From Candidatus Dojkabacteria bacterium (GTDB lineage: Bacteria > Patescibacteriota > Dojkabacteria > SC72), in NCBI GenBank assembly GCA_028694805.1, contig JAQVKD010000001.1, positions 25,549 to 89,548 of the forward strand: a stretch of DNA of 64,000 bases, in the 5' to 3' direction. How positions within the stretch are numbered: position 1 is the stretch's first letter; every line of letters begins with the position of its first letter. The notes beneath the pieces are model-generated. The model made no database searches. It saw only the letters and a list, made by a program, of their open reading frames with translations, and was not told the DNA's origin. The position numbers were made by a program, and so were the translations under genes. Of this stretch, positions 21,003 through 30,947 are shown piece by piece.

Positions 21003-22094
21003 TCAACCTGATATTATCATTAGACCAACAAGTGCTGCTCCGCCTAATAATAGGACTGCTTTATTTGTACATCCAAAAACAGGAATATATACATCACTTG
21101 ATAATGGACAAGTACCACCAAACAATCCTCCACTAAATTTGTTTAATATTAAATTTGGTAATTCTATATGTGTACCATTAAATCCAAGTGCCCATATTCC
21201 TATTCCAGCAAGATTTTTTTGATTAACTACATCATATTTTAATGATAATGACTGAGCATCATCATACCATCCTTGACCTGTTCCTGTAAGGTAATATGGT
21301 GATGACCATGTAGAGTTCCATTGTCTTCCGTATATTCCTGCTCTTATTAGTGCATTATTATAAGTGACAGATATACCAGAACCTATCGTTGGTGAATCTG
21401 GTTGTTGAGTTTGTGTTGTCCACTCATATCCGTAGTACGGAACTCCTAATAATAATTTAGAGTTCGGTATTGATTGTAGATATGTATTAATGCTATTTAT
21501 AACAGATGGTAATGGTGCAACTGCTCCTGCTGTCGGACCAGAAGCCCAGTGATAATCGTACCCCATCAGCATGAAATAATTTACATATGGTGATAAAGCA
21601 CTTGTATCAAATACATTTTCCCAATCTACTGGTGGAATATCTACTGATATTTTATAGTTACTATTTATTGAATGAAGTGCATTACTTAAAGATGTCATGA
21701 AAGTTGTAAACAATGTTCTATTTGATTGACCATTTACTGGATTAGTAGTTGGAAATCCTTCAAAATCAATATCTACTCCATCAAACCCATGTGTTTGTAC
21801 TTCGTATACTAGATTATTTATAAGAGTACTCTGGAGACCAGGAGATGATAGTATTGTATTTATAACAGGCGCTCCCCATCCAGGATTAACTGAAACTACC
21901 ACTCTTGTTCCTCTTGAATGAGCATAATTAATAAGATTTGTTGGAGGATATGATGTTTTAATTAACGAACCATCAGAATTCACTCCAAGAAAAGACCATG
22001 CTATCGTTGTTAATGTATTGTAATTTAAAGTTAGATAAAGATCTGATGACAACCAATTAGGATAGAATCCCATTACTTCTTTTGATAACGCCAT
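21003..22094 (-). CDS. GH18 chitinase-like glycoside hydrolase with C-terminal TM anchor
   Basis: FDGVDIDFE matches the GH18 active-site signature [LIVMFY]-[DN]-G-[LIVMF]-[DN]-[LIVMF]-[DN]-x-E. LMGYDYHW also present. C-terminal LLLGGAALVGLMIISG. Confidence 0.75.
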   Translation of the reverse strand: MALSKEVMGFYPNWLSSDLYLTLNYNTLTTIAWSFLGVNSDGSLIKTSYPPTNLINYAHSRGTRVVVSVNPGWGAPVINTILSSPGLQSTLINNLVYEVQTHGFDGVDIDFEGFPTTNPVNGQSNRTLFTTFMTSLSNALHSINSNYKISVDIPPVDWENVFDTSALSPYVNYFMLMGYDYHWASGPTAGAVAPLPSVINSINTYLQSIPNSKLLLGVPYYGYEWTTQTQQPDSPTIGSGISVTYNNALIRAGIYGRQWNSTWSSPYYLTGTGQGWYDDAQSLSLKYDVVNQKNLAGIGIWALGFNGTHIELPNLILNKFSGGLFGGTCPLSSDVYIPVFGCTNKAVLLLGGAALVGLMIISG

Positions 22095-22142
22095 TTACTT
22101 TCTACCTACTTTTATTAATTTTATTTATTTATAGTTCTTATA

Positions 22143-23540
22143 TCATCTTATTGCAATAAGTACTAGAAATATTCCTATTGTTGCAAACATGTAAGTTTCT
22201 TTCTTTATACATGTTCCAAAGAAATTTATATCGTTCGGTGAACATAATGTTAGTGGTGGTGTAATACATGCTGTTTGACATTCCTGAAGAGTTGAATATT
22301 GACCAGACGTTCCCTGTACTTGTACGCATTGATTGTTTATACAATTATAAGTTATTGTTGGGCATTGTACTCCAACAGTTGTACATTCATTAGTTCCAGG
22401 TCCAGAAACTTGAGCACATATATTATTTTGGCATATGTTATGATATTGACTAGGGGTACATATTTCTCCGCATGTATTTTCTGTGAAGCAACCTACAATT
22501 CCAGGAATACATATTGATGGAGTACAAATGTTATTTATACATTGATATGTTTGTATAGATTCACCAGAAAATTTATTTATAATTAAATTTGATAATTCTG
22601 TATGTGGAACATCATATCCCAAAGCCCATATTCCAATTCCTGCAAGTTGTTTTTGATTAACAAGATCATACTTAAAATTTAGGGATTCGGCATCTTCATA
22701 CCATCCTTGGTGCCACTGATTTCCTGTCTTATAAGTGTAATATGGCGATTTCCATGTAGAGTTCCACAGTCTTGTGTATTGTTGAATCTTTGTAACTGCT
22801 TGTGAATACATGAATGATGTTCCTGTTCCTATCGTTGGTGAATCTGGTTGTTGAGTTTGTGTTGTCCATTCATATCCATAATATGGAACTCCTAACAACA
22901 ATTTAGTTTTTGGTATTGACTGTAGATATGTATTAACGCTATCTACGACAGATTGTAATGGTGCGACAGCTCCTGCTGTTGGACCAGATGCCCAGTGATA
23001 ATCGTAACCCATCAGCATGAAATAATTTACATATGGTGATAAAGCACTTGTGTCAAATACATTTTCCCAATCTACTGGGGGAAGATTGATTGACAATCTA
23101 TAATTAGGATTTGCATTCCAGAATGTATTGCTGAGTTTTATTATAAAATTGGTGAATAAACTTCTGTTATTAGAACCATTTACCGTATTTATAGCTGGAA
23201 ATCCTTCTAAATCGATATCTACACCATCAAATCCATTTGTGCTTACTTCATATAATAAGTTATTTATAACTACATTTTGAATTGATGCACTTGCAAGGAT
23301 ATTATCTATTATTGGTGATCCCCATCCTGGATTTATAGAAACTACTACTTTCTTTCCTTTTGAATGTGCATAGTTAATGAGATTTGTCGGAGGATATGAT
23401 TGTTTAACAAGAGAACCATCTGACTGCACACCAAGGAAAGCCCATGCTATTGTTGTAATAGAGTCATAATTTAAATCTAGATATACATCTGGATTTAACC
23501 AGTTTGGAAGAAAACCAATAACTTCTTTTGATAATACCAT
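22143..23540 (-). CDS. GH18 chitinase-like glycoside hydrolase, Cys-rich knot region plus C-terminal TM anchor
   Basis: FDGVDIDLE signature. About 200 nt is identical to 21003..22094. A 90-aa Cys-rich segment, then FATIGIFLVLIAIR. Confidence 0.75.
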   Translation of the reverse strand: MVLSKEVIGFLPNWLNPDVYLDLNYDSITTIAWAFLGVQSDGSLVKQSYPPTNLINYAHSKGKKVVVSINPGWGSPIIDNILASASIQNVVINNLLYEVSTNGFDGVDIDLEGFPAINTVNGSNNRSLFTNFIIKLSNTFWNANPNYRLSINLPPVDWENVFDTSALSPYVNYFMLMGYDYHWASGPTAGAVAPLQSVVDSVNTYLQSIPKTKLLLGVPYYGYEWTTQTQQPDSPTIGTGTSFMYSQAVTKIQQYTRLWNSTWKSPYYTYKTGNQWHQGWYEDAESLNFKYDLVNQKQLAGIGIWALGYDVPHTELSNLIINKFSGESIQTYQCINNICTPSICIPGIVGCFTENTCGEICTPSQYHNICQNNICAQVSGPGTNECTTVGVQCPTITYNCINNQCVQVQGTSGQYSTLQECQTACITPPLTLCSPNDINFFGTCIKKETYMFATIGIFLVLIAIR

Positions 23541-23562
23541 GTACCATCTCTCTATCTATTTC

Positions 23563-24549
23563 TTATTTCTTGAACATTGATAACATAAACAACGCTAAGA
23601 ATCCAATTCCCCCGTACTTTACATAGTTCTTAGGAACACACGTACCAAATACACAATAATTCGTGTCAGATGGACATGTAACCGGATCGCATGTAGCTCC
23701 TCCTCCACCACCTCCACCTGTCGGAACGCATGTACCTGTTGATGAACAATAATATCCTGATGGACATACTCCTGTTAGACATGTGGGTGAGCATGGTGTG
23801 ACTCCTGGTGTACATCCTCCTCCTGACGGAACACATGTACCTGTTGATGAACAATAATATCCTGACGGACATACTCCTGTTAAACATGTAGGTGAGCATG
23901 GTGTGACTCCTGGTGTACATCCTCCTCCACCACCTGATGTAAGTGTTATATCATCAAATACAACAGTTCCAGAACCATATAAGAATAAAATTACATTCAC
24001 TGATGCAGCATTTGATGGTGCTGTACTTGATACTGTCATCTGCGACCAATCAGAGGTCCCTGTTTTTGGAGTCGATGTAGATGCACTTCCTGATATATAT
24101 TGATTACTCGAATCAAACCAATCTAATTCAAGAAAGGCACCTGTTCCAGCTACTGATGTTGTTTTTACATAACCTGTTAAAGTGTATGATGTTGATGGTG
24201 ATACTCCTGAAATTCTCTGTCCCCAATAATTTCTTCCACTAGCCGATGCAACTATTGCTGCTCCTTTTCCTGTTCTTCCAGGAAGATCTGAAGGACTGTT
24301 ATATGGAAATGATGCTAGTGCTCCTCCTGCTGGATCATAATCACTCCACCAATTAGCAGGTTGGTATTGAGCAGTTGGACTTACAGTTTCAAATCCAGGA
24401 TTCTGAACTAAATTCGCTTGTAAACTTTTGATTGATTTACTGGATGATGAACATTGACCCTGAGCCTTAATTATTGCTTTCTGTCTTTCGTTTGGTGTTG
24501 AGTACCATATACGAAAATTTTCTCCATTTAATGATATTATCTCATTCAT
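23563..24549 (-). CDS. CBM-like (CBM4/9-type start) protein with 2x 38-aa Cys repeat and CVPKNY-TM C-terminal module
   Basis: LVQNPGFETV...WW resembles a carbohydrate-binding-module start. Exact duplicated GGGCTPGVTPCSPTCLTGVCPSGYYCSSTGTCVP. C-terminus TCDPVTCPSDTNYCVFGTCVPKNYVKYGGIGFLALFMLSMFKK. Confidence 0.55.
   Translation of the reverse strand: MNEIISLNGENFRIWYSTPNERQKAIIKAQGQCSSSSKSIKSLQANLVQNPGFETVSPTAQYQPANWWSDYDPAGGALASFPYNSPSDLPGRTGKGAAIVASASGRNYWGQRISGVSPSTSYTLTGYVKTTSVAGTGAFLELDWFDSSNQYISGSASTSTPKTGTSDWSQMTVSSTAPSNAASVNVILFLYGSGTVVFDDITLTSGGGGGCTPGVTPCSPTCLTGVCPSGYYCSSTGTCVPSGGGCTPGVTPCSPTCLTGVCPSGYYCSSTGTCVPTGGGGGGGATCDPVTCPSDTNYCVFGTCVPKNYVKYGGIGFLALFMLSMFKK
23718..23937 (-). 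repeat. Two tandem copies of a roughly 110-114 bp unit (coding, Cys-rich module)
   Basis: Near-identical DNA copies encoding GGGCTPGVTPCSPTCLTGVCPSGYYCSSTGTCVP. Confidence 0.85.
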
Positions 24550-24648
24550 ATACTTAATCCTCCATTAATAACTTGCTATGTTCTATATGTTCACCACGCA
24601 GTAAATCATTCTATATTTTACTTTTCTTTCTTTTCCTCTTTTTCCCTT

Positions 24649-25119
24649 TTACGTTACACTGAGATTAGCAACTGGTGCAGTGCATGGTGCCATTACATTA
24701 ACATAACATGATTCTTCATTTTGTAAAGACCCTGTTGGACAACTATCTGCTACTATCACACCTACCTTGAGTTGACCATCAACATTTGTTATGTCCTGAG
24801 TAACTGTTGTATAAGTTAGAGTGTTTGACGCTTGATTTTGTGTTCCTAACCATATAGGAGTTGTTGATCCTGGAATCATCTTGTAGAACGAATAATTATA
24901 TGGTGATGTTCCGCTTGTAGGATTTGAAGTAAGTGTTAAAGTTTGTCCAACGACTTTTGACCCGACACATGTCGGTGCCATAGATAGTATTATATCATTT
25001 GATCTATTTCCACACGCCGAGCACTGACTCTGTGCTTCTTGCAATGCATATTGTCTTTCGCTTGGGGTTGAGTACCATATACGAAAATTCTTTCCGTTTA
25101 GCGATACTATTTCATTCAT
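24649..25119 (-). CDS. hypothetical Cys-containing protein, N-terminal paralog of 23563..24549
   Basis: MNEIVSLNGKNFRIWYSTPSERQ versus MNEIISLNGENFRIWYSTPNERQ. About 70 nt are nearly identical at the DNA level. Confidence 0.5.
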   Translation of the reverse strand: MNEIVSLNGKNFRIWYSTPSERQYALQEAQSQCSACGNRSNDIILSMAPTCVGSKVVGQTLTLTSNPTSGTSPYNYSFYKMIPGSTTPIWLGTQNQASNTLTYTTVTQDITNVDGQLKVGVIVADSCPTGSLQNEESCYVNVMAPCTAPVANLSVT

Positions 25120-25173
25120 AATGTTATGTCCTCCTTCTTTAAATTTTTCCTTTCTTGATTTTAATTTTATATT

Positions 25174-26298
25174 TTAACTCGAACTTAGTGTCATTAATAC
25201 AACAATGCCTAGTCCTGCTGCTAATATCACATAAGGCGAGCTAAAAACACTAGGAAGTGTTGTAGGTTGTGAATTACAGCTTAGAACTGATGCAGATTGT
25301 TCAAATCCAAATTTAACACATAACTGCTTCTCTATATTTGTTGCTTTGCATGCTATTGATGTTGTTCCATTGTCATTTCCAGCAAAATTTAGTCCCACTG
25401 CATTATTCATATTTGATGTTACCCACATACTTCCAGAATCTCCTGGTTGTGATACTGGTATTGTTGGATTTGGATTTGAAATAACTAAAACATCATCAAA
25501 TGGAATCACTAATGTTGTTCCGCCAACTGTATATTCAACATCAAAAGATGAATTTGTAGATTCTACAATTCCGTCCATACATCCAGTAGTTCTTCCTGCT
25601 TTTTTAACTTTCATTCCTATGCTTGATGTAACACTTTTGTTGGTATATAAGTTACAAATATTTGGTTCTGAAATTGCTATTGAATTTATATCTGCAGTAG
25701 GTGCAGCATAAGCAGCGTCAATAGTATTTTTAGTGAGTAGCAAACGAACCGACTTTTCTAATGTGCCTGCTAAATTACTGATGTTTCCTCCATCAATATT
25801 TCCTGGTTGTATTATTGGCTCTCCTTTTAATCCTTTATATGGCATTGATTCAATGTCCCATGCTAATACATGATTATTTGATAGTATAACAGTTCTTCCT
25901 ATATTATCTCTGACAAAACATCCAAGAGTTCCAGTGATACTTAACTGACTTCCGTATAAGCCTCCGCTGATTCCTCCTAATATTGGTCTATGTTTGTCTT
26001 TGAACTGTAAAGTTTTCATTGAGTTCCTTGAATCATTATTTAATTTTGATCTGTCTCTCACTTCTACGAACGCACGCATTTCTGTTTTTCCTGTTATTTT
26101 ATATACTATTGGTATTCCATAAATAGATCTTGGAATAAGGTTTTGTAGTATTGGTGTTTTATCTTTTAAGTATACAACTATTTGATGTTCATTTCCAAGT
26201 CCTGTAACTGAACTATGTGTTAATCCGACACCTACAACTCCAGGAATCTTCTTTAGCTCTGATTTAGCCTTTTCAAATGCATCCTGATTATAGGACAT
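25174..26298 (-). CDS. trypsin-like (S1-family-like) serine protease with C-terminal TM anchor
   Basis: ILSNNHVLA (His) and QPGDSGSMWV (GDSG-type Ser). C-terminal PYVILAAGLGIVVLMTLSSS. Confidence 0.55.
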   Translation of the reverse strand: MSYNQDAFEKAKSELKKIPGVVGVGLTHSSVTGLGNEHQIVVYLKDKTPILQNLIPRSIYGIPIVYKITGKTEMRAFVEVRDRSKLNNDSRNSMKTLQFKDKHRPILGGISGGLYGSQLSITGTLGCFVRDNIGRTVILSNNHVLAWDIESMPYKGLKGEPIIQPGNIDGGNISNLAGTLEKSVRLLLTKNTIDAAYAAPTADINSIAISEPNICNLYTNKSVTSSIGMKVKKAGRTTGCMDGIVESTNSSFDVEYTVGGTTLVIPFDDVLVISNPNPTIPVSQPGDSGSMWVTSNMNNAVGLNFAGNDNGTTSIACKATNIEKQLCVKFGFEQSASVLSCNSQPTTLPSVFSSPYVILAAGLGIVVLMTLSSS

Positions 26299-26338
26299 AT
26301 TACCTGACGTATGTAGAAGTTAACGTATATTATTATTC

Positions 26339-28183
26339 TTATATTGAGCTATTGAAATATATTTTATAATCTGTTCCTGTCACGATTGAATATAATTTAT
26401 TATTGAATACAGCAAGACCTGGTGATGTATAGGATTTTCCTCCTATTGAAGTGTTCCATCCCTTCCATACTCCATTGGTTCCCATGCTATTAATGTATAT
26501 ATCATAAGGTGAGCCCTTTCCACTTACTACTGCATATAATCTATTATTGAAAGATGCCAATCTCGGACTATCGTATGAACCTCCTCCTATTAAATTACTC
26601 CATCCTGACCATATTCCATTTGTTCCCATACTAGCAGTCCATATCTTATAATCTATTCCCGATGTAATTGCATATAATCTATTATTGAATACAGCAAGAC
26701 CTGGTGATGTATAGGATTTTCCACCTATTGAAGTGTTCCATCCTGACCATACTCCATCTGTTCCCATACTATTAATATATATGTCATTAGGATAACCCTT
26801 TCCGCTTACTACTGCATATAATCTATTATTAAAGACCACTAAATTTGGACTGTTATACGAACCTCCTCCCATTGAACTACTCCATCCTGACCACAATCCA
26901 TTTATATTCATACTAGCAAGCCATATTCTATAATCTGTTCCTGCTACAATTGCATATAATCTATTATTGAATACAGCAAGACCTGGTGATGTATTAGCAT
27001 ATCCACCTATTGAAGTATTCCATCCTGACCATACTCCATTTGTTCCCATACTATTAATGAATAATGCATAAGGTGAACCTTTTCCACTTACTACTGTATA
27101 TAATCTATTATTAAAGACCACCAAATTTGGACTGTCGTATGAACCTCCACCTATTGAACTGCTCCATCCTGACCACTGCAATGGAGTTACGTTTACTGAA
27201 ATAACATTTGAATAAATACCTGTAACTGAATCATATGGTCTTACATTAAGACTTCCTTCCTCATTTCCTTTAACATTCCCAGTACTATAAAGGTCTACAC
27301 AACAATTACTGCTTCTTGACCATGATAATGATGGACACGATATAACTGATCCAGAACTATTCTTACATACCACTCCAGCACTCCTTGTCTGTCCGACACT
27401 AATAGTTAGAGATGGCGGAGCAGTCATTGATGCCAAAGCTGATGGTTGAGTAACTGTCACTGTACAAACATTCCCTTGTGAACCAGAAACTGAATCATAT
27501 GGTCTAACAGTTAATGATCCTACTGCTACACCTTCGACAGTTCCATCAGTATATAAATTTACACAACATGAACTACTTCTTGACCATGATATTGATGGAC
27601 ACGTTACATTAGAACCAGCACTATTCTTACAAACAACTAAATTTACTTTCTGTCCAACACTGACTGATAAACTTGGTGGTATTGAAATCGATGATACTGT
27701 TGCTGTAGGAGCTGTTACATTTATAAAACATTTCTGTTCTTCAGGGACTTGTCGTGCTGTACATGAATCTCCTACAAGTAACTGAAACGTATGACTTCCT
27801 ACTGCATCATTAAATGTTCTACTCCATGATTGAGGTGATGTTGAACTATTACTCCATGTTCTTTCAGTTACTGCGTCTACTATAAATTCAAATTTATAGG
27901 GAGGTGTTCCACCGGATGCTTGAACTGTGATTGTCTTCGTTGTTCCTTGTACTATTGATGATGGGCACGACGCCAGTGATTCCACAAAAGAGAAACTGTT
28001 GGAGTCATTAACATTTGATATATTTTGAGAAGAAATGATATCATTTAAGTCGGTAACAGATATAAAATCCTTGTACATAGAACTTATATCTTCAAGCTTA
28101 TAACCATTTCTGACAGCCTCAATTAAAACGTCAGTTGATAAGTTTACTATATCTTCTACCTTCAATACTTTATCTATGCTCAT
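26339..28183 (-). CDS. multidomain protein: He_PIG-like Ig domain, 2x Big-like domains, 6-blade lectin-like beta-propeller
   Basis: SGGTPPYKFEF Ig motif. Two CKNSxGSxxxCPSxSWSRSS modules. Six repeats of WSGWxxxIGGxSYxSPxLxVFNNRLYA. Confidence 0.6.
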   Translation of the reverse strand: MSIDKVLKVEDIVNLSTDVLIEAVRNGYKLEDISSMYKDFISVTDLNDIISSQNISNVNDSNSFSFVESLASCPSSIVQGTTKTITVQASGGTPPYKFEFIVDAVTERTWSNSSTSPQSWSRTFNDAVGSHTFQLLVGDSCTARQVPEEQKCFINVTAPTATVSSISIPPSLSVSVGQKVNLVVCKNSAGSNVTCPSISWSRSSSCCVNLYTDGTVEGVAVGSLTVRPYDSVSGSQGNVCTVTVTQPSALASMTAPPSLTISVGQTRSAGVVCKNSSGSVISCPSLSWSRSSNCCVDLYSTGNVKGNEEGSLNVRPYDSVTGIYSNVISVNVTPLQWSGWSSSIGGGSYDSPNLVVFNNRLYTVVSGKGSPYALFINSMGTNGVWSGWNTSIGGYANTSPGLAVFNNRLYAIVAGTDYRIWLASMNINGLWSGWSSSMGGGSYNSPNLVVFNNRLYAVVSGKGYPNDIYINSMGTDGVWSGWNTSIGGKSYTSPGLAVFNNRLYAITSGIDYKIWTASMGTNGIWSGWSNLIGGGSYDSPRLASFNNRLYAVVSGKGSPYDIYINSMGTNGVWKGWNTSIGGKSYTSPGLAVFNNKLYSIVTGTDYKIYFNSSI

Positions 28184-28202
28184 ATGTTCTCCTCTTTATT
28201 AA

Positions 28203-28880
28203 TTATTTTAACAACGATAACAGAGTAATTGCAGTAAGTCCTAATCCAGCATATACTACATACGTTTTTGGAATACAATTTCCTGCTACACAATAATTTT
28301 TAGTGAGGTCACATTCTGGAGGACAATCACTTATTATAACAGGACATCCTGTATCACATGATGCTAAATCTGGATATTGACCAGTAGTTCCTGATGGTGC
28401 AGGCTGACAGTTTCCTGGACTTATACAATTATATCCTCCACCTGGTACTGGAGTAACATTTATAATGCAAGAATCTGTATTACTTGTTTTTGAACCTGAT
28501 GAACATGAATCTGTTACATATACAGAAACAACATAATTCCCTAGTAAAGAAAATGTATATGGTATTGATGATCCTGTTAATGATGTATCAATTACTCCTC
28601 CTGGTTTTGTTATTGACCAGTGATAAGTATAAGGAGGAGTTCCTGATGATGCTGATGCCGTTAAAGTTTTTATAGTGTTTTGTAAAAGTGAAGATGGACA
28701 TGCTGCAAGACTTTTTACTGATACTTGTTTGTTTATTTCATTTACATTATATGATTCATTTAATCTATAACCTTCTCTGTATAGCTTCTCCACTGATTCT
28801 ATTGATGAATTAGTTATGTCTTCTACACCAAGAGATTTAAATTCAATGTTCATAATATTATTATAGTTATTTTCCTGCAA
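28203..28880 (-). CDS. Ig-like (SGTPPYTYHW) protein with CxPK-TM C-terminal module
   Basis: N-terminus is paralogous to 26339..28183. C-terminus CPPECDLTKNYCVAGNCIPKTYVVYAGLGLTAITLLSLLK. Confidence 0.55.
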   Translation of the reverse strand: MQENNYNNIMNIEFKSLGVEDITNSSIESVEKLYREGYRLNESYNVNEINKQVSVKSLAACPSSLLQNTIKTLTASASSGTPPYTYHWSITKPGGVIDTSLTGSSIPYTFSLLGNYVVSVYVTDSCSSGSKTSNTDSCIINVTPVPGGGYNCISPGNCQPAPSGTTGQYPDLASCDTGCPVIISDCPPECDLTKNYCVAGNCIPKTYVVYAGLGLTAITLLSLLK

Positions 28881-29271
28881 AGTTATACTGTCTCAGTCTT
28901 CCTCTTCCAGTTCTAGCTTCAAAACTGCTATCTTTGTATAGATTTGCATTTAAATCACTGGTCTGACTGTCAACACTCATATTATTTAATTCTTGTTCTG
29001 AAAGAGGTTTCCATGTTCTAATATCACTACTTAAATGTGCAGATGGAGCAGATATACAACAACATTTTGGCGTTAATATACCACAATCTAAATATCCTGG
29101 AGCACAACTCTCGAAATATCCTCTAGAATACTCCGGACCTTTAGGACATTCTGGAGTACATACACTAGGAGAACATGGTTCAGTTATTATTCCCATTGAT
29201 TTTAGTATATAGTATGATAATACAATTCCTCCTCCGTAAAGGATAATTGTTCCTGTATCACTTCTTGCCAT
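28867..29271 (-). CDS. TM protein, WKPLSEQELN-motif family, Cys-rich
   Basis: ...SSDIRTWKPLSEQELNNM... internal motif. N-terminal TM. Confidence 0.5.
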   Translation of the reverse strand: MARSDTGTIILYGGGIVLSYYILKSMGIITEPCSPSVCTPECPKGPEYSRGYFESCAPGYLDCGILTPKCCCISAPSAHLSSDIRTWKPLSEQELNNMSVDSQTSDLNANLYKDSSFEARTGRGRLRQYNFAGK

Positions 29272-29272
29272 A

Positions 29273-30148
29273 TTAATCTCTCCCTCCCATCATCATTAAT
29301 AAAAGAAATCCTGCAGCTCCTATAAATAAATAATTTTTAGGAACACAGTTTCCAAGTATACATAAATTTTTATCTGAAGGACAAGTTGCCGGATCGCATC
29401 CACCTCCGGATGGTGGTATTGTTTCTTGTACTTTTACAATTACAGTATTTGGTAAGTCAGAATCAGAAGTCAAACAATGTTCAGCACCTGACCATGCACA
29501 ACACCATCTACAAACAAGTGTATATGTTCCTATAACATTAAGGACAAACGATGTTGATCCACATCCATTTGCATCAAATACATGCACACCATTATCAACT
29601 CTTATGTCTCCAACTCCTATTGGATTTCCAGATATTGCAACTATTCTCCACTTTGGTGTTATTCCCAAACAATATGCGGTAGTTGACCTTACAGATGCTG
29701 TTAGTAAATCACCAGGTTTTACTATGAGAGAAGACTTTCCGTTCACTAAAAATGAGTTATCTTGTTGTGTACATGTCTGAGAAGTTGTTGCTGTAATAGA
29801 TTTACATCCAGTACCAGATTGACCGTTTGAACTACATATAGTATTTCCGCTTGCATTATATATTACAAACCACACTATGGTATATGTTCCTGCAGGAACA
29901 GGTTTAATAAATGGTTCTGATATAAATGTTCCTGATGTCTGACCGATTACAGTGGTCATTAAAGGTGTGAAGAAACTAAAATAAGCTCCAGTTGGCAATT
30001 GAATTTTTAGTTCTGCCTTATACGAAATTCCTCCTTCCCCTGCAGAAAATGAAACATCACATGCAACATTAACAGTATCATTTGAACCAGCATTGCATGT
30101 ATTTCTATTTCCATTTACTGTAAAATAACCTGATGTTATGTTACACAT
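29273..30148 (-). CDS. Cys-rich protein with CVPKNY-TM C-terminal module
   Basis: C-terminus GGGCDPATCPSDKNLCILGNCVPKNYLFIGAAGFLLLMMMGGRD. Confidence 0.55.
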   Translation of the reverse strand: MCNITSGYFTVNGNRNTCNAGSNDTVNVACDVSFSAGEGGISYKAELKIQLPTGAYFSFFTPLMTTVIGQTSGTFISEPFIKPVPAGTYTIVWFVIYNASGNTICSSNGQSGTGCKSITATTSQTCTQQDNSFLVNGKSSLIVKPGDLLTASVRSTTAYCLGITPKWRIVAISGNPIGVGDIRVDNGVHVFDANGCGSTSFVLNVIGTYTLVCRWCCAWSGAEHCLTSDSDLPNTVIVKVQETIPPSGGGCDPATCPSDKNLCILGNCVPKNYLFIGAAGFLLLMMMGGRD

Positions 30149-30167
30149 TTTGTTTACCTCTTATATT

Positions 30168-30938
30168 TCATTTAATCATTTTCAATAAAAATAATGCTAC
30201 AATTCCTGCTCCTGCGTATACAACATATGTTTTTGGAACACAGCTTCCTAATACACAGAAATTTTTGTCAGATGGACATGTAACTGGATCGCACGTAGTT
30301 CCTCCTCCACCTCCTCCTCCTGTCGGAACGCATGTTGTTCCTTGACATATATAACCGGCTGGACACGGTGGAACACATCCTCCTCCACCACTTGACGTGA
30401 AAATAGCGTATAAATTTCCTGATGGCTGTGTTACTGTTCCTGTGAACGGATTTCCTGTTGTACTTTGAGAGCAACTTGCATCTGTACAGTATTTACTAAA
30501 GCTATATCCTGATGAAGGTTTTGCTACAAAGCTAAATACATCATTTATAAAGAAATTGATTGTCTGTGATGTTGTTACTGTTGTTACTTTTCTTGTATTT
30601 CTGTATACATCTACTGTTCCACCTACATTATTTTGAATATATACAGTTATTGTTGCTTGCGTTCCACTGAAATAAACACCTAGATAACCATCTTGTGATA
30701 TTGTTCCACTAAAAGGATTAGAGGTTGTAGATAAAGAACATCCAGTATCAGCACAGAACTTATTAAATGAAAACCCTAGTTGAGTATCAGGATATGCATA
30801 AAAAAAGAACGTATCTCCTACATTGTATTGAACTGGAACTATTCCGTCTCCTGGATTAACTACAGCAACAATACTTCCGTTACGACTTGCTTGAAGAGTT
30901 CCACGTCCTTCAACTATTTCAATGTTTACTGTGACCAT
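30168..30938 (-). CDS. protein with two tandem beta-sandwich-like domains plus CVPKTY-TM C-terminal module
   Basis: Internal duplication: FSFNKFCADTGCSLSTTSNPFSGTISQDG versus YSFSKYCTDASCSQSTTGNPFTGTVTQPSG. C-terminus TCDPVTCPSDKNFCVLGSCVPKTYVVYAGAGIVALFLLKMIK. Confidence 0.55.
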   Translation of the reverse strand: MVTVNIEIVEGRGTLQASRNGSIVAVVNPGDGIVPVQYNVGDTFFFYAYPDTQLGFSFNKFCADTGCSLSTTSNPFSGTISQDGYLGVYFSGTQATITVYIQNNVGGTVDVYRNTRKVTTVTTSQTINFFINDVFSFVAKPSSGYSFSKYCTDASCSQSTTGNPFTGTVTQPSGNLYAIFTSSGGGGCVPPCPAGYICQGTTCVPTGGGGGGGTTCDPVTCPSDKNFCVLGSCVPKTYVVYAGAGIVALFLLKMIK

Positions 30939-30947
30939 TTATCCATC

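Noticed and set aside
23666-23920. Minus-strand alternative-frame ORFs 23666..23920 and 30268..30474 with similar ...YMRSGYMSI / ...YVRSSYMSI ends
   Set aside because: They overlap the conserved G-rich/Cys-module DNA of real genes in another frame. Their similarity is a by-product of that conserved DNA.
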